A stretch of DNA of 32,000 bases from positions 2,730,001 through 2,762,000 of the forward strand of contig CP104013.1 of the NCBI GenBank assembly GCA_025839675.1. Reading direction: 5' to 3'. The position numbers and the translations under genes are program-made. The notes beneath the pieces are model-generated. The model was not told the DNA's origin. It worked only from the letters and a program-made list of their open reading frames with translations, and made no database searches. Each line of letters begins with the position of its first letter. The first letter of the stretch is position 1. The stretch comes from Candidatus Lokiarchaeum ossiferum (lineage in GTDB: Archaea; Asgardarchaeota; Lokiarchaeia; Sigyniarchaeales; Promethearchaeaceae). Below are positions 8,372-17,588 of the stretch, piece after piece.

Positions 8372-8394
8372 TCTGACCTACTTTTCATTCAAAA

Positions 8395-9075
8395 ATGATC
8401 AGGAGAACAAAACGATTTGATGTAACAATTTTATTTTTCATTTATGTGATCGTAGGAACCGGATTCATAACAAGTACTAATAATAGAATTTTGGAAAGCC
8501 TTGATTTTCAAGATCCTATTGATTCGAATAGCAAAAATTCATTTAGTAAAGGGGAAATAGGGATTACCACGAGAAATCCATTCAACAATGAAAAATATAG
8601 AATTCTATCTGAGGAAAGTGACCAAGTGTACACTAATTTAGATCCTCAAGACCCTTTAATCTATCCCGGATATAAAATACCCGTTGTACAATTTTCAATC
8701 GAAAACGAAGATCTCATTGCAGATACCGAAATTCAATTCACTGATGAGACATTTTCAGGCAATTTACCCTTTCAATACATTTGGAATTTTGGCGATGGAA
8801 CATCGAATAGCACACAACAACACCCTTCTCATATATTTTCAACCCCTGGAAATTATTTAGTTTCATTAATAGTGATCGATTTCGACGGCGACTGGGATTC
8901 GGAAACGCAGTTAATTACGATTAGAGAAAGTATTCGTCAAGCGATTCCATTAGATTATAGGGATCAAAATGCTGCCAGAAATATTTCTAGTTATCCTCTC
9001 TTAGGATTATTTATCTTAGGAGGAACTTTGGTTGGAATTTCAATCGCAATGGGAGGGATTAAAGCAAAGAAATAA
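8395..9075 (+). CDS. membrane-anchored PKD-domain surface protein
   Basis: 226-aa ORF. N-terminal signal anchor (VTILFFIYVIVGTGFI), a PKD domain with the WNFGDG core (PFQYIWNFGDGTSNSTQQHPSHIFSTPGNYLVSLIVIDFDGDWDS) and a C-terminal TM plus basic tail (LLGLFILGGTLVGISIAMGGIKAKK). Confidence 0.8.
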   Translation: MIRRTKRFDVTILFFIYVIVGTGFITSTNNRILESLDFQDPIDSNSKNSFSKGEIGITTRNPFNNEKYRILSEESDQVYTNLDPQDPLIYPGYKIPVVQFSIENEDLIADTEIQFTDETFSGNLPFQYIWNFGDGTSNSTQQHPSHIFSTPGNYLVSLIVIDFDGDWDSETQLITIRESIRQAIPLDYRDQNAARNISSYPLLGLFILGGTLVGISIAMGGIKAKK

Positions 9076-9326
9076 GGAGGAAGTGTAAAAAAATAATCGT
9101 TTTTTCAACTTTATTATTTCCACATAAGTTTATGAAGAAACATTTATGACTTTACGATGCTGATGATTAGCAATAATAAGTATAGTAGAGTTTACCAGTT
9201 TTCTTCAGTATTATATAGGTTTACTAAAAACCCTCAAATCGTCTCTATTGAAAGTTATCTAAATTTAGTTAATAAATTGACCCCTACATTAATATAGAAA
9301 AAAGGCGATGTGTTTTCTTGATAACA

Positions 9327-10295
9327 ATGGAAAATAAAAAAAAATTTGGTATCGCGTTATCCCTCATTTTGATCGTTGGTTTTGCCCCAATTGCAAATGC
9401 AGAGACAATACCAGGGATTGCAATTTCTCCTGGAGATTCATATGTATGGAAAGTGATTAAAACTTACACCGGTACAGATGGATTTGCAGAAAATCAATCC
9501 TATTATCGATTAATAAATGTTACTGGGATAAGCACTCTGGTAGAAACAACTGATGTGACCTATAATGACTATGTAGCGAATATTACAGCTTATGAAGGTA
9601 AGGAATTATGGGTTGTGAAATGGAATGAAACGAATACGGATGAACATTTGATCCTAAATAATACTGATCCAAAAAACAATTTTGGTGGATTTGCAAATTT
9701 AGACACTGCTGACTTGACCATTATAGATGATCTAAATGAAACCGAACAGCTAGACTTCTTATTGGATTTTCTTGCAGCATCTTCCTATGATTTCTTAATA
9801 TTCGCGTTTGTTGTTGCATTAACTGCTGCTTTTAGTACTGCGACTATCAAAGTTCCGTCCAACTCATCAACGATTACATCAGCCTCTAAAAATGCTATTG
9901 AAGGTTCACTAACCTTGGGTTATGGATTATACAATGAGGTATCGACACCAAATGTTTGGAAGAATTTATCGATTGAAGTTGATTATTCCATTTCTCTCGA
10001 TGATACGACGAAGATAATGACTACATCATCCTATGATATGACATTAACAAGCAAACAATTTAACGAGACCAGCGCGGCCTATTATACTGATACTTCCCGA
10101 AGTGTTACAAGTGAAGAATTAGTCTATCCGGAAGAAATCGCTAGTTCGGGAATAATGGATATTGTCCAACCAATATTTGATAAACTCGAGGATCTAACGG
10201 GATTAGATGGATTATTAGCGGCTGGAATAGGTGTTGGTGCATTATTATTAATTGTTATTGTGATTTGTGCTGTAGCAAGTAAAAAGAAGAAATAA
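9327..10295 (+). CDS. secreted/surface-anchored sequon-rich protein, function unknown
   Basis: Signal peptide KKKFGIALSLILIVGFAPIANA|ET, at least nine N-x-S/T sequons (NQS, NVT, NIT, NET, NNT, NET, NSS, NLS, NET) and a C-terminal TM plus KKKK tail (AAGIGVGALLLIVIVICAVASKKKK). The track start is TTG 9318; I prefer ATG 9327. Confidence 0.6.
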   Translation: MENKKKFGIALSLILIVGFAPIANAETIPGIAISPGDSYVWKVIKTYTGTDGFAENQSYYRLINVTGISTLVETTDVTYNDYVANITAYEGKELWVVKWNETNTDEHLILNNTDPKNNFGGFANLDTADLTIIDDLNETEQLDFLLDFLAASSYDFLIFAFVVALTAAFSTATIKVPSNSSTITSASKNAIEGSLTLGYGLYNEVSTPNVWKNLSIEVDYSISLDDTTKIMTTSSYDMTLTSKQFNETSAAYYTDTSRSVTSEELVYPEEIASSGIMDIVQPIFDKLEDLTGLDGLLAAGIGVGALLLIVIVICAVASKKKK

Positions 10296-10547
10296 AATAG
10301 TTTTTCTTCTTAACACTTTCCTATTTTTTTTCTTTTACATATTTTTTAAAGTTTTATTTTATTATTATTTTAAATTTTTGTTTCTACTTAGAAATGGGCT
10401 CAATTATCGATTCATATGAATAATTCGAACATTTTCGTGCAATATATAATTGAACTGATTCATATTTTGGGAAAAAGAAGATCAATTCGATTATCATTTT
10501 AGCTAAACAAAAAAACGAAAGATCAGAATCCTGTTGGAAAAAATAAC

Positions 10548-11918
10548 TTAAATTTTGAGATTAAAAGCACAATATTGCCCCCAAAAGCGGGGTTCTCGCC
10601 AATTGGAATATTCTTCGATGAAAAAGGTGCCTTTCAAATCAGGGTGTGCATTTGAAATGAAATTTAAGTTAGACATACTCATTGACATAGGTTCCACCCT
10701 TAAGAGTTGTTTCCGCTCTCGAAACTCATCTTGTTTAAAATTTAACAGATGAAATTCCCGCCCCCATAGAAAAGCGTACAAAACAAAACCCCCTGTACTA
10801 TTAATCTCCAATTCTTGGGGATACAAGTCGGTTAAATCTTCAAAATGAGTTATTTGCCATTTCTGAGTATTTGAATCCCAGAGAGCTTGAGCTAAAATAT
10901 CCTCTCCATCCGATTGTTTAAAATTATAGAAAATGACTGGAGATCCATCTTGCTGAAAATTCGCAGCCATCCGCGTATTGAAGAAATCAACATCGTACCC
11001 ATACTCAAAAAGGAAACACGATGCTTCAAATTCACTTCGATTAACACAAGTCCCTAAATCATCTCCCGCTGCAGAGTACAGATGCTCGGTGTTAAAATCG
11101 TAAAAGGTATAATAATGATCATCAAAAAATGCATTATGAAGCTTATGTAAACCAAAGGTTATTAATAGGCCTTCAGGATTTGTTGAATATTTCACCGCTT
11201 TAGTATAAATAGTCCCCCAATTATCATCATAAGGAATGGGGTTGATCAATATTCTCCGTTCAAAAGAGTTACCATTATCGCGGGAAATCCAAACAAATTC
11301 AGGTTCATAATCGGGAGTGGAACCGAGCCTAACCCGTCCTAAAAAATAGATGTCACCATTTAGTGCTTGGTAAGCGGCACCATAAGTCACCCCGGTACTA
11401 TTTGGAAGATATTCAATATTCCAAGCGTTTATGGAATGGGGAGTTTTTGAAATCGCATGGACCACAGGATGATTTCCGTGAAACGAATGGAATACATGTA
11501 AATATCCCTGTTGATCATAGATGATTTGGGGATAATTGTGAGCATCGGGTTCCACAGGTGAATCCATTATTTTAACCGGATCTTCCCAGCTATTCGTCTT
11601 GTGATCATAACAGGATATGAAAGGAGCACACGCCGAATACGTCCCATTTTTGCCTGAAGAATAAACAATGAAGGTTTTCTGAACCGTATCTGAATACACT
11701 CCCGAAGAAAGTTGAGTTTTTTGGCGTGCATAGCCATTGACCGTATAATTAGCAAACTGATTAATAGAAAGATCCCCTGTTTCGAGTTGAATATCATCAA
11801 AACCAGAATATGTTCCCCGAAGGAAAATCCACCAATAACCAAAGGAGAAAAAACTCCCCACAATTAAGATCAATATAGTTGTTAGGATAAGTTTCTTTTT
11901 CCAAGTTTTATTTTTCAT
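10548..11918 (-). CDS. membrane-anchored BNR-4-like beta-propeller protein
   Basis: N-terminal signal anchor MKNKTWKKKLILTTILILIVGSFFSF. The segment CYDHKTNSWEDPVKI..DAHNYPQIIYDQQGYLHVFHSFHGNHP recalls the BNR-4 repeat family pattern; this assignment is from memory. Starting at 11918 avoids a 55-nt overlap with the upstream gene that the track start 11990 would create. Confidence 0.5.
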   Translation of the reverse strand: MKNKTWKKKLILTTILILIVGSFFSFGYWWIFLRGTYSGFDDIQLETGDLSINQFANYTVNGYARQKTQLSSGVYSDTVQKTFIVYSSGKNGTYSACAPFISCYDHKTNSWEDPVKIMDSPVEPDAHNYPQIIYDQQGYLHVFHSFHGNHPVVHAISKTPHSINAWNIEYLPNSTGVTYGAAYQALNGDIYFLGRVRLGSTPDYEPEFVWISRDNGNSFERRILINPIPYDDNWGTIYTKAVKYSTNPEGLLITFGLHKLHNAFFDDHYYTFYDFNTEHLYSAAGDDLGTCVNRSEFEASCFLFEYGYDVDFFNTRMAANFQQDGSPVIFYNFKQSDGEDILAQALWDSNTQKWQITHFEDLTDLYPQELEINSTGGFVLYAFLWGREFHLLNFKQDEFRERKQLLRVEPMSMSMSNLNFISNAHPDLKGTFFIEEYSNWREPRFWGQYCAFNLKI

Positions 11919-11935
11919 ATTAATCACTAAGAATC

Positions 11936-12712
11936 TTAAATAGATAAAGGAGAATGAAATTCCCATCCATGGATAGTAAAACCTTTCCATTGCTTGAAAA
12001 TATGATTGACCAGTTCAGTAAAAATATCTACCCGTTCACCATCAGAAGTGACTTGTAGTGCTTGAACAACTAAATTACCAAATTCTTCATCAGGAAATGG
12101 AGGAAGAAGATATTTCCGGCGATAAGATTGTGATGTAAAGATTTCGTAGATTTTATCTGGTTTGATCACATCATAACCGAGATATTTCCGATAAAGATCA
12201 ACTAATTTGAATAAATAGTAATGAAAGCTACAAAAGAAACTCGGTGATTTTCCAGCATTCAAGGCGATAAGATTATCGCGCATATCCCAAAGGCTATATT
12301 TTTCCAACTCAAGCATGGATTCATTCAGAGAGGGCAGGGGCCGATCAAACCATTCTTTGGCTTTGACTTTTAACTGGTGTACTATCCCATGGGGGTCACT
12401 TATAATGTATCCAGTAAGAAATTGGACCATCGCGACACGAGAATAACTCTCAAAATCTTCTTTAAAATATTGCTCGATTTGAGCGGGAGGATTTGCAAAA
12501 TATTCAATGAGGATTCCATCAACAATCTGATTACCTCTTTCGCGAAAAGACGTATCAGCACTCAAAACAATATGAACATCGAGATCGGATTGTTTTGTCG
12601 GGCTTCCGGTAATAAAACTCCCACATACAAGTACACCTACCGTTTTTTGTTGATATTTCCATTTTGTGAGAAATTTATTTAACGCTTTTTCCCAAGGTTG
12701 AAGATCACCCAT
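11936..12712 (-). CDS. Pol-beta-superfamily nucleotidyltransferase (aminoglycoside/kanamycin-NTase-like)
   Basis: 258-aa ORF. GVLVCGSFITGSPTKQSDLDVHIVL gives the G-S-x(n)-D-x-D NTase motif, followed by a helical C-terminal half. It ends 17 nt upstream of the BNR-4-like gene. Confidence 0.7.
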   Translation of the reverse strand: MGDLQPWEKALNKFLTKWKYQQKTVGVLVCGSFITGSPTKQSDLDVHIVLSADTSFRERGNQIVDGILIEYFANPPAQIEQYFKEDFESYSRVAMVQFLTGYIISDPHGIVHQLKVKAKEWFDRPLPSLNESMLELEKYSLWDMRDNLIALNAGKSPSFFCSFHYYLFKLVDLYRKYLGYDVIKPDKIYEIFTSQSYRRKYLLPPFPDEEFGNLVVQALQVTSDGERVDIFTELVNHIFKQWKGFTIHGWEFHSPLSI

Positions 12713-12818
12713 AATCTTTAGAATTAAAGGAAAAAGAAAAGATTTTAGAAAGAGTTGGGGAGATTTTTGAAAGTTATTGATGTGCTTATAGTCTTTGAAG
12801 AAAAAAAATTATCCATGA

Positions 12819-13742
12819 TTACACTAAAGATTTAAGAAATTCATCAATAATTCCATCGTATTCAGCTTCTTGAGTGAAAGACACAAGGTGTCCTTCATTT
12901 TTAAAGACATGAATATGCGGATCAATAAATGGTGCTGCAAACTCTTTCAAATAAGGATATCCAGAATCATTTGCACTCATAAAAATCAAAGCTTTTCCGT
13001 TCCAATTTGAATAATCTCGTGTGATTGCAGAATCTTTATAATTCCACAACTTTGTTAAGAGAGATTGACACACTATCACGGATTTTGGTACTTGCTTGAA
13101 TAACTCCACATAGTAGGCCTTCATAAATGAAAATTGTTCCCTTTGATCGGGAGTTAAGTTTTCAGGCACATTTTCAAAATATTTAAGCAATTTGCGAGCG
13201 ACTACTTTTCGTATTATCTTTTCTGGCAATATTTTTAGAAGAACTACCATCTGTTTGTAACTCTTATTCCATTCTGTTTTGGGAGGATAACTGTTAGCAA
13301 GGATAATTCCATCAACCCGGGAAGTATTTCGGTGAAAATACGCTTGAGCTACCATGCTTCCAAAACTTCCAGATCTAATTATGACATTTCCAACTTTCTC
13401 TCTATCCAGAATAAAATTAATACCATCACATAAATCGTCAATTGATGTGAATTGGGTGATAGAAGGGGCGATCACTCGGTATTGTGATTCATATTTGGAA
13501 ATTATTTCGTAAGTCGTATAAGCATTTCCGGAAGCTCCATGAAAGATCAGTATTGATTGATTTCCTGAGCCCGCTGCAATATAATCAAGATGATATCCAT
13601 TGAACTCAACAAAAGATAAAGGATGGTTATTATAAAAAGAAATTAACGTATTATATCGTGCTAAGGATGCATCCTTCAATGATGATGAATTGATTTTCAG
13701 AGGAATGTAGGATGATTTTTTCTTGACCATGTTTAACATCAT
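12819..13742 (-). CDS. alpha/beta-fold hydrolase
   Basis: 307-aa ORF. Oxyanion HG motif (ILIFHGASGN), nucleophile elbow (IIRSGSFGSMVA) and a C-terminal catalytic-His region (VFKNEGHLVSF). Confidence 0.7.
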   Translation of the reverse strand: MMLNMVKKKSSYIPLKINSSSLKDASLARYNTLISFYNNHPLSFVEFNGYHLDYIAAGSGNQSILIFHGASGNAYTTYEIISKYESQYRVIAPSITQFTSIDDLCDGINFILDREKVGNVIIRSGSFGSMVAQAYFHRNTSRVDGIILANSYPPKTEWNKSYKQMVVLLKILPEKIIRKVVARKLLKYFENVPENLTPDQREQFSFMKAYYVELFKQVPKSVIVCQSLLTKLWNYKDSAITRDYSNWNGKALIFMSANDSGYPYLKEFAAPFIDPHIHVFKNEGHLVSFTQEAEYDGIIDEFLKSLV

Positions 13743-13935
13743 ATATTAGGCACGTCTAATTTAAAAATGTAACTAACGTATTAAATTTGTTGAATATTAA
13801 AAAAATTTCAAATAAATTCAGTTTGCGGAAATGTCACCAACAGCATCCGATATTTTTGGTGACTTATGCAAAGAATCTGCATTCTTTTAATTCGTAAAAA
13901 AAAAATTCAGAATAATTATTATTAAGCTAGAAAAA

Positions 13936-15870
13936 TTACTTCTTTTTGCCTTTCTTATAACTCGGATTAAGTTCCGCAAATTTGAGATAAAATTCTAAGC
14001 TTTCCCCCGATCCACGAAATACCGTATTGTAAGGCAAAGATTTTAGAAGATGCATCATTGGTTTGTTTGAAATCAAGACGTCTCCACACATTCCAATGAA
14101 ACCTTTTTGTTGTGCCATTTCTATCAACTTTAAAAGAATATGACGGGCGATACCTTGTCCCCTAAATTCTTCTTCCACGGTTAGAGCAATTTCTACTAAA
14201 CCAGTGTCTTTATGCAAAAAATACGTTCCGATTGATACGACGCGCTCATCCTCTTCATGACCATAAAACCCAATGATAACCATTGAATTTTGATAATCAC
14301 ACATAATTTGAGATTGTGTTTGCTTATGAGAAAATTTCTTTTGAAAGGTAAAAAATCGCAAGATCCGATCTTCGGGGCTTAAGCGATAATAAAATTCTTG
14401 CACCATCCGTTCATCGGTGGGTTTAACAGGTCGGAAGAAGATGGTCTCCTTTTCCGATGTATGAAATTCCCAAAATATATCAGGATAAATAATGACAACT
14501 CCATCATTTGTGGTTGGAAGGCGTTGATCTTTATAAACATAATTATATTGTTTAGCCGTTTCCAATAATTCCTGTCTATAATTCGGATGAGCAATCCCAA
14601 TCATTTGGAGGATCCGTTCTCTGACCGATTTTCCTCGTAAATAAGCAATCCCATATTCTGTGATAACATAATGTACATCGACAGTTCGTAGATTGATGGG
14701 TTCATAGGTTAGGATTGGAAGAATGCGCGATTTACCACTTTTGGTAGTACTTGGAAGAGCAATAATACACCGACCTCGTGCTGATAGATTCGACCCATGC
14801 ATGAAATCTGCTTCCCCTCCCATTCCTTCAAAAGCAGTAAATTTTAAATGATTGGTGGCTTGTCCTATCAAATCTACTTTCATAGCTCCATAAACGGAGC
14901 ATAATTTATTATTCCGGGAGATTCGTATCAAATTTGTAATAAATGCGGTTGATTGGAATTCAATAAAAGGATTATTCGCAACAAACTTGTAAAATTTATC
15001 CGTTCCCACAATCATTGAAGTCATACAGTGCGGGTAATAATTTTTCGAGCAAGTAACTACATCATTTTCGATGAGCGGAATAATACTCTCGGGTAAAACC
15101 TCACTATAAATAGCCAGATTCTTCTTATCCATCAAGTACTTAGGAAGCAAATAAGGAATTTTTCCTAATCCTAAATTGAGAGTGGATTCATTCTCAATCA
15201 GACGTGAGACATATTCGGCGATTTTTTCATTTTGAGCATGTTGTTCAGGAGTTTCAGGTGATCGATCGAATTTATAAGGGGTATACTCAATCAATGGTGA
15301 ATCATGATATACGAAGTGATCAATTTCACTAAATTTGATAAAGGAATTCCCCATGGTTCGGGGCATTTGGGGATTAATTTGTGCTATGACAGTCTTTGCC
15401 ACTTCCACCATGGTTTTATTAATATCAACATTAGTACCCAAAGAACAGTAGCCATTTTGATCGGGAGGTGACACCTGTATCATAGCCACATCCACAATAA
15501 TGCGGTTGCGCATTCCCGCTAACATCCGAGGGATTTCCGAAGACATAATAGGAGTAAAATCGCTTTTTCCTTCTTTGATAGCCTCGCGAATAATAGGACT
15601 TCCAATAATTGACAGAGTATTATGCCGAAAATTGCTGGGGTTAGTATCATCAAAGAATTTGCGATCACTAAGGGAGAAGAAGTGAACAATTTCGCAGTCA
15701 TGAAACCGCCATTTCGCTTTTTCGAGTTCTCCTGTCAAAACCAAAGGTTCTGACACTCCACTTCCAAAGAAAATTCGGGATCCAGACTCAATAATTTCAA
15801 TCAATCCTTCAGGTTGGATTTCTTTTTCTTTATAAGTTTCTCTCCAGTTTTCGAAAGCAAATTTCCCCAT
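13936..15870 (-). CDS. acetyl-CoA hydrolase/transferase family protein fused to a C-terminal GNAT acetyltransferase domain
   Basis: The N-terminal ~480 aa carry family motifs (IFFGSGVSEPLVL, MIQVSPPDQNGYCSLGTNVD, AIYSEVLPESIIPL, FEGMGGEADFMHGS). The C-terminal ~150 aa are GNAT (VEEEFRGQGIARHILLKLIEMAQQKGF). The track ORF runs to 16017, but its first 49 codons are low-complexity read-through, so I prefer ATG 15870 (MGKFAFENW). Confidence 0.8.
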   Translation of the reverse strand: MGKFAFENWRETYKEKEIQPEGLIEIIESGSRIFFGSGVSEPLVLTGELEKAKWRFHDCEIVHFFSLSDRKFFDDTNPSNFRHNTLSIIGSPIIREAIKEGKSDFTPIMSSEIPRMLAGMRNRIIVDVAMIQVSPPDQNGYCSLGTNVDINKTMVEVAKTVIAQINPQMPRTMGNSFIKFSEIDHFVYHDSPLIEYTPYKFDRSPETPEQHAQNEKIAEYVSRLIENESTLNLGLGKIPYLLPKYLMDKKNLAIYSEVLPESIIPLIENDVVTCSKNYYPHCMTSMIVGTDKFYKFVANNPFIEFQSTAFITNLIRISRNNKLCSVYGAMKVDLIGQATNHLKFTAFEGMGGEADFMHGSNLSARGRCIIALPSTTKSGKSRILPILTYEPINLRTVDVHYVITEYGIAYLRGKSVRERILQMIGIAHPNYRQELLETAKQYNYVYKDQRLPTTNDGVVIIYPDIFWEFHTSEKETIFFRPVKPTDERMVQEFYYRLSPEDRILRFFTFQKKFSHKQTQSQIMCDYQNSMVIIGFYGHEEDERVVSIGTYFLHKDTGLVEIALTVEEEFRGQGIARHILLKLIEMAQQKGFIGMCGDVLISNKPMMHLLKSLPYNTVFRGSGESLEFYLKFAELNPSYKKGKKK

Positions 15871-16109
15871 GAGTAACTCAATAATGTCAATGTTCTTAAA
15901 GATATTGAGGTAAATTTTCCACTTTATAGTGAATCGCACCCCCCATTTATCCCTAGATACAAAAAAAAAACGGAATTTTTGAGTATTTTCATAAAAAAGC
16001 AACTCCAAAAAGCTCAATTAGGCAAAAAAATAGGTCCAAATTATCAATTTTTAGTGAACTGAATACTCCTTCTTAATACATATTTTGAAAAAGTGAAAGA
16101 AAGAATTTA

Positions 16110-16574
16110 TTATGCCTCTTTTTTTTCTACCGCATTTCGGTTTTTTGTTTCATGAGCTGCTACACCAAGAAATTTGGTAAACCGAAGCACAGTTTTCACT
16201 TTCCGAATTTTCAACTTTCCAGTAAGAATCGCTTTCACAGGATGGACCTTGCCCATTGCAAATCCAAAAAAGGTCTCAATATCAGTAGTAAGGCGGGGTT
16301 TGATCTGTTTTTTTACGGGATCAATAAACTCAGGCTTATTCTTCACTTGTTCTATAGCTACAGTACCATCTTTGACACGCACAATGGCAGCTCGTCTATC
16401 ATCAGTAGCAATCAGCAGCAAGTTAAAATGATCTTCACCATAAATTTCCTTAAAATAGGAACTTTCGTTAAGAATTGAAAGCTGATTCCAAATAATCTTT
16501 GGAAATCCAAGCAATTTCTTCTTCTTTTTTTTTACTTTTAATTCGTTTATTTCTGGTGTAGTTTTTTCACTCAT
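16110..16574 (-). CDS. SCP2 (sterol-carrier-protein-2-like) domain protein
   Basis: 154-aa ORF. The C-terminal FFGFAMGKVHPVKAILTGKLKIRKVKTVLRFTKFLG matches the SCP2 'G-k-l-x-p-x-x-A-x-x-x-G-k-l-k-i-x-G' pattern. A TATA-like box lies 23-30 nt upstream of the ATG. Confidence 0.65.
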   Translation of the reverse strand: MSEKTTPEINELKVKKKKKKLLGFPKIIWNQLSILNESSYFKEIYGEDHFNLLLIATDDRRAAIVRVKDGTVAIEQVKNKPEFIDPVKKQIKPRLTTDIETFFGFAMGKVHPVKAILTGKLKIRKVKTVLRFTKFLGVAAHETKNRNAVEKKEA

Positions 16575-16596
16575 AGCTATTCTTTATTTAAATTTC

Positions 16597-16604
16597 TATA
16601 TAAA
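16597..16604 (-). promoter_or_regulatory. TATA-box-like element upstream of the SCP2 gene
   Basis: The minus strand reads TTTATATA 23-30 nt upstream of ATG 16574. Confidence 0.3.
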
Positions 16605-16680
16605 ATTACTTTTAGTGATTATTCTCAGGACAAAAAAAATATCATTCATCTTAATAGTAAGAATTTGTTAAAAAATATTG

Positions 16681-17547
16681 ATGAAGGTCGGGATCTTCTA
16701 TTTTTCGGGAACTGGAAATACAAAGATTGTCGCAAAAATTATTAAACAAGAGCTAAAGAATCAAAATCATATTGTTGTTTTACATAAAATTGAAGATCTT
16801 TTAAAAGAAGCCATGATGTTTGATACAAAACACTATGATATGGTAGGAATTGGCTATCCTGTTCACGCTCTAAATGCCCCCCGCTTAATTTATCAATTTA
16901 TTCAGATCCTTGGAAAAGATACGAGGAAACGGGTGTTTCTGTTTAAAACTGCTGGAGATCCTTTGTGGTTAGGAGGACCAACTTCACTACTTAGAAAACG
17001 ACTTAAAAAAAAGGAATTTGATGTCTTTTATGAATTTTTAGAAATTATGCCCGCAAATGTAGTTGTAAGTTATGATGAAAAGTTAGTTAAACAACTATAT
17101 CAATTGGCAGAAGTAGATACAAGAAATCAAGTTCAAAATATTCTTGCTGGTCAAAGATCCCTTCAAAAGTTAGGATTTTTTAAATCAATCTTCTCGCTTT
17201 TGTTCAGCACTATGGAATCTCTGGGAGTAAAAATTGTAGGAAAATGTTTCCGAGTCTCATTGGACTGTACAAACTGTGGAGCGTGCATTTTGGGCTGTCC
17301 AATGCAAAATATCATAAGAAAAAATGACCGAATCAAGTTTAAATTTCAATGCAGTTTGTGCATGCGATGTATCTATAGTTGCCCAGTAAATGCGATCCAC
17401 CCCCGAATCTTTAGATTTTTTGAAATTAAGAGAGGATACAATATTAAGCCGATTATTACTGACTCCTCTATAAAGGGTGATTTCCTTTCTTCCGAAACTA
17501 AAGGATTTTTCAAAAGGTTTGCGAAATATTTCGGTTTAAACGAATAG
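16681..17547 (+). CDS. EFR1-type flavodoxin-like / 2x[4Fe-4S] ferredoxin fusion protein
   Basis: Flavodoxin-like N-terminus MKVGIFYFSGTGNTKIVAKII and two Fe-S motifs, CTNCGACILGCP and CSLCMRCIYSCP. The track start is TTG 16678; the ATG is at 16681. Confidence 0.75.
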   Translation: MKVGIFYFSGTGNTKIVAKIIKQELKNQNHIVVLHKIEDLLKEAMMFDTKHYDMVGIGYPVHALNAPRLIYQFIQILGKDTRKRVFLFKTAGDPLWLGGPTSLLRKRLKKKEFDVFYEFLEIMPANVVVSYDEKLVKQLYQLAEVDTRNQVQNILAGQRSLQKLGFFKSIFSLLFSTMESLGVKIVGKCFRVSLDCTNCGACILGCPMQNIIRKNDRIKFKFQCSLCMRCIYSCPVNAIHPRIFRFFEIKRGYNIKPIITDSSIKGDFLSSETKGFFKRFAKYFGLNE

Positions 17548-17588
17548 AATCCCTATATAACAAGAGCTATGTTATTTGATCAATCAGA

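Noticed and set aside
15871-16017. 49-codon N-terminal extension of the acetyl-CoA hydrolase/transferase-GNAT ORF. There are analogous extensions at 2500-2553, 11919-11990, 18390-18455, 25131-25151 and 31525-31575.
   Set aside because: The extensions are Phe/Ile/Lys-rich read-through of AT-rich spacer, some starting on TTG. Internal ATGs give canonical family N-termini, better spacing to the upstream genes or a Shine-Dalgarno sequence. The deacetylase TTG at 25151 remains a minor possibility because of its spacing to the operator.
16152-16478. Plus-strand ORFs 16152-16478 and 16174-16431.
   Set aside because: They are nested antisense in the SCP2 gene and have no motifs or start-site signals. 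They are shadow ORFs.
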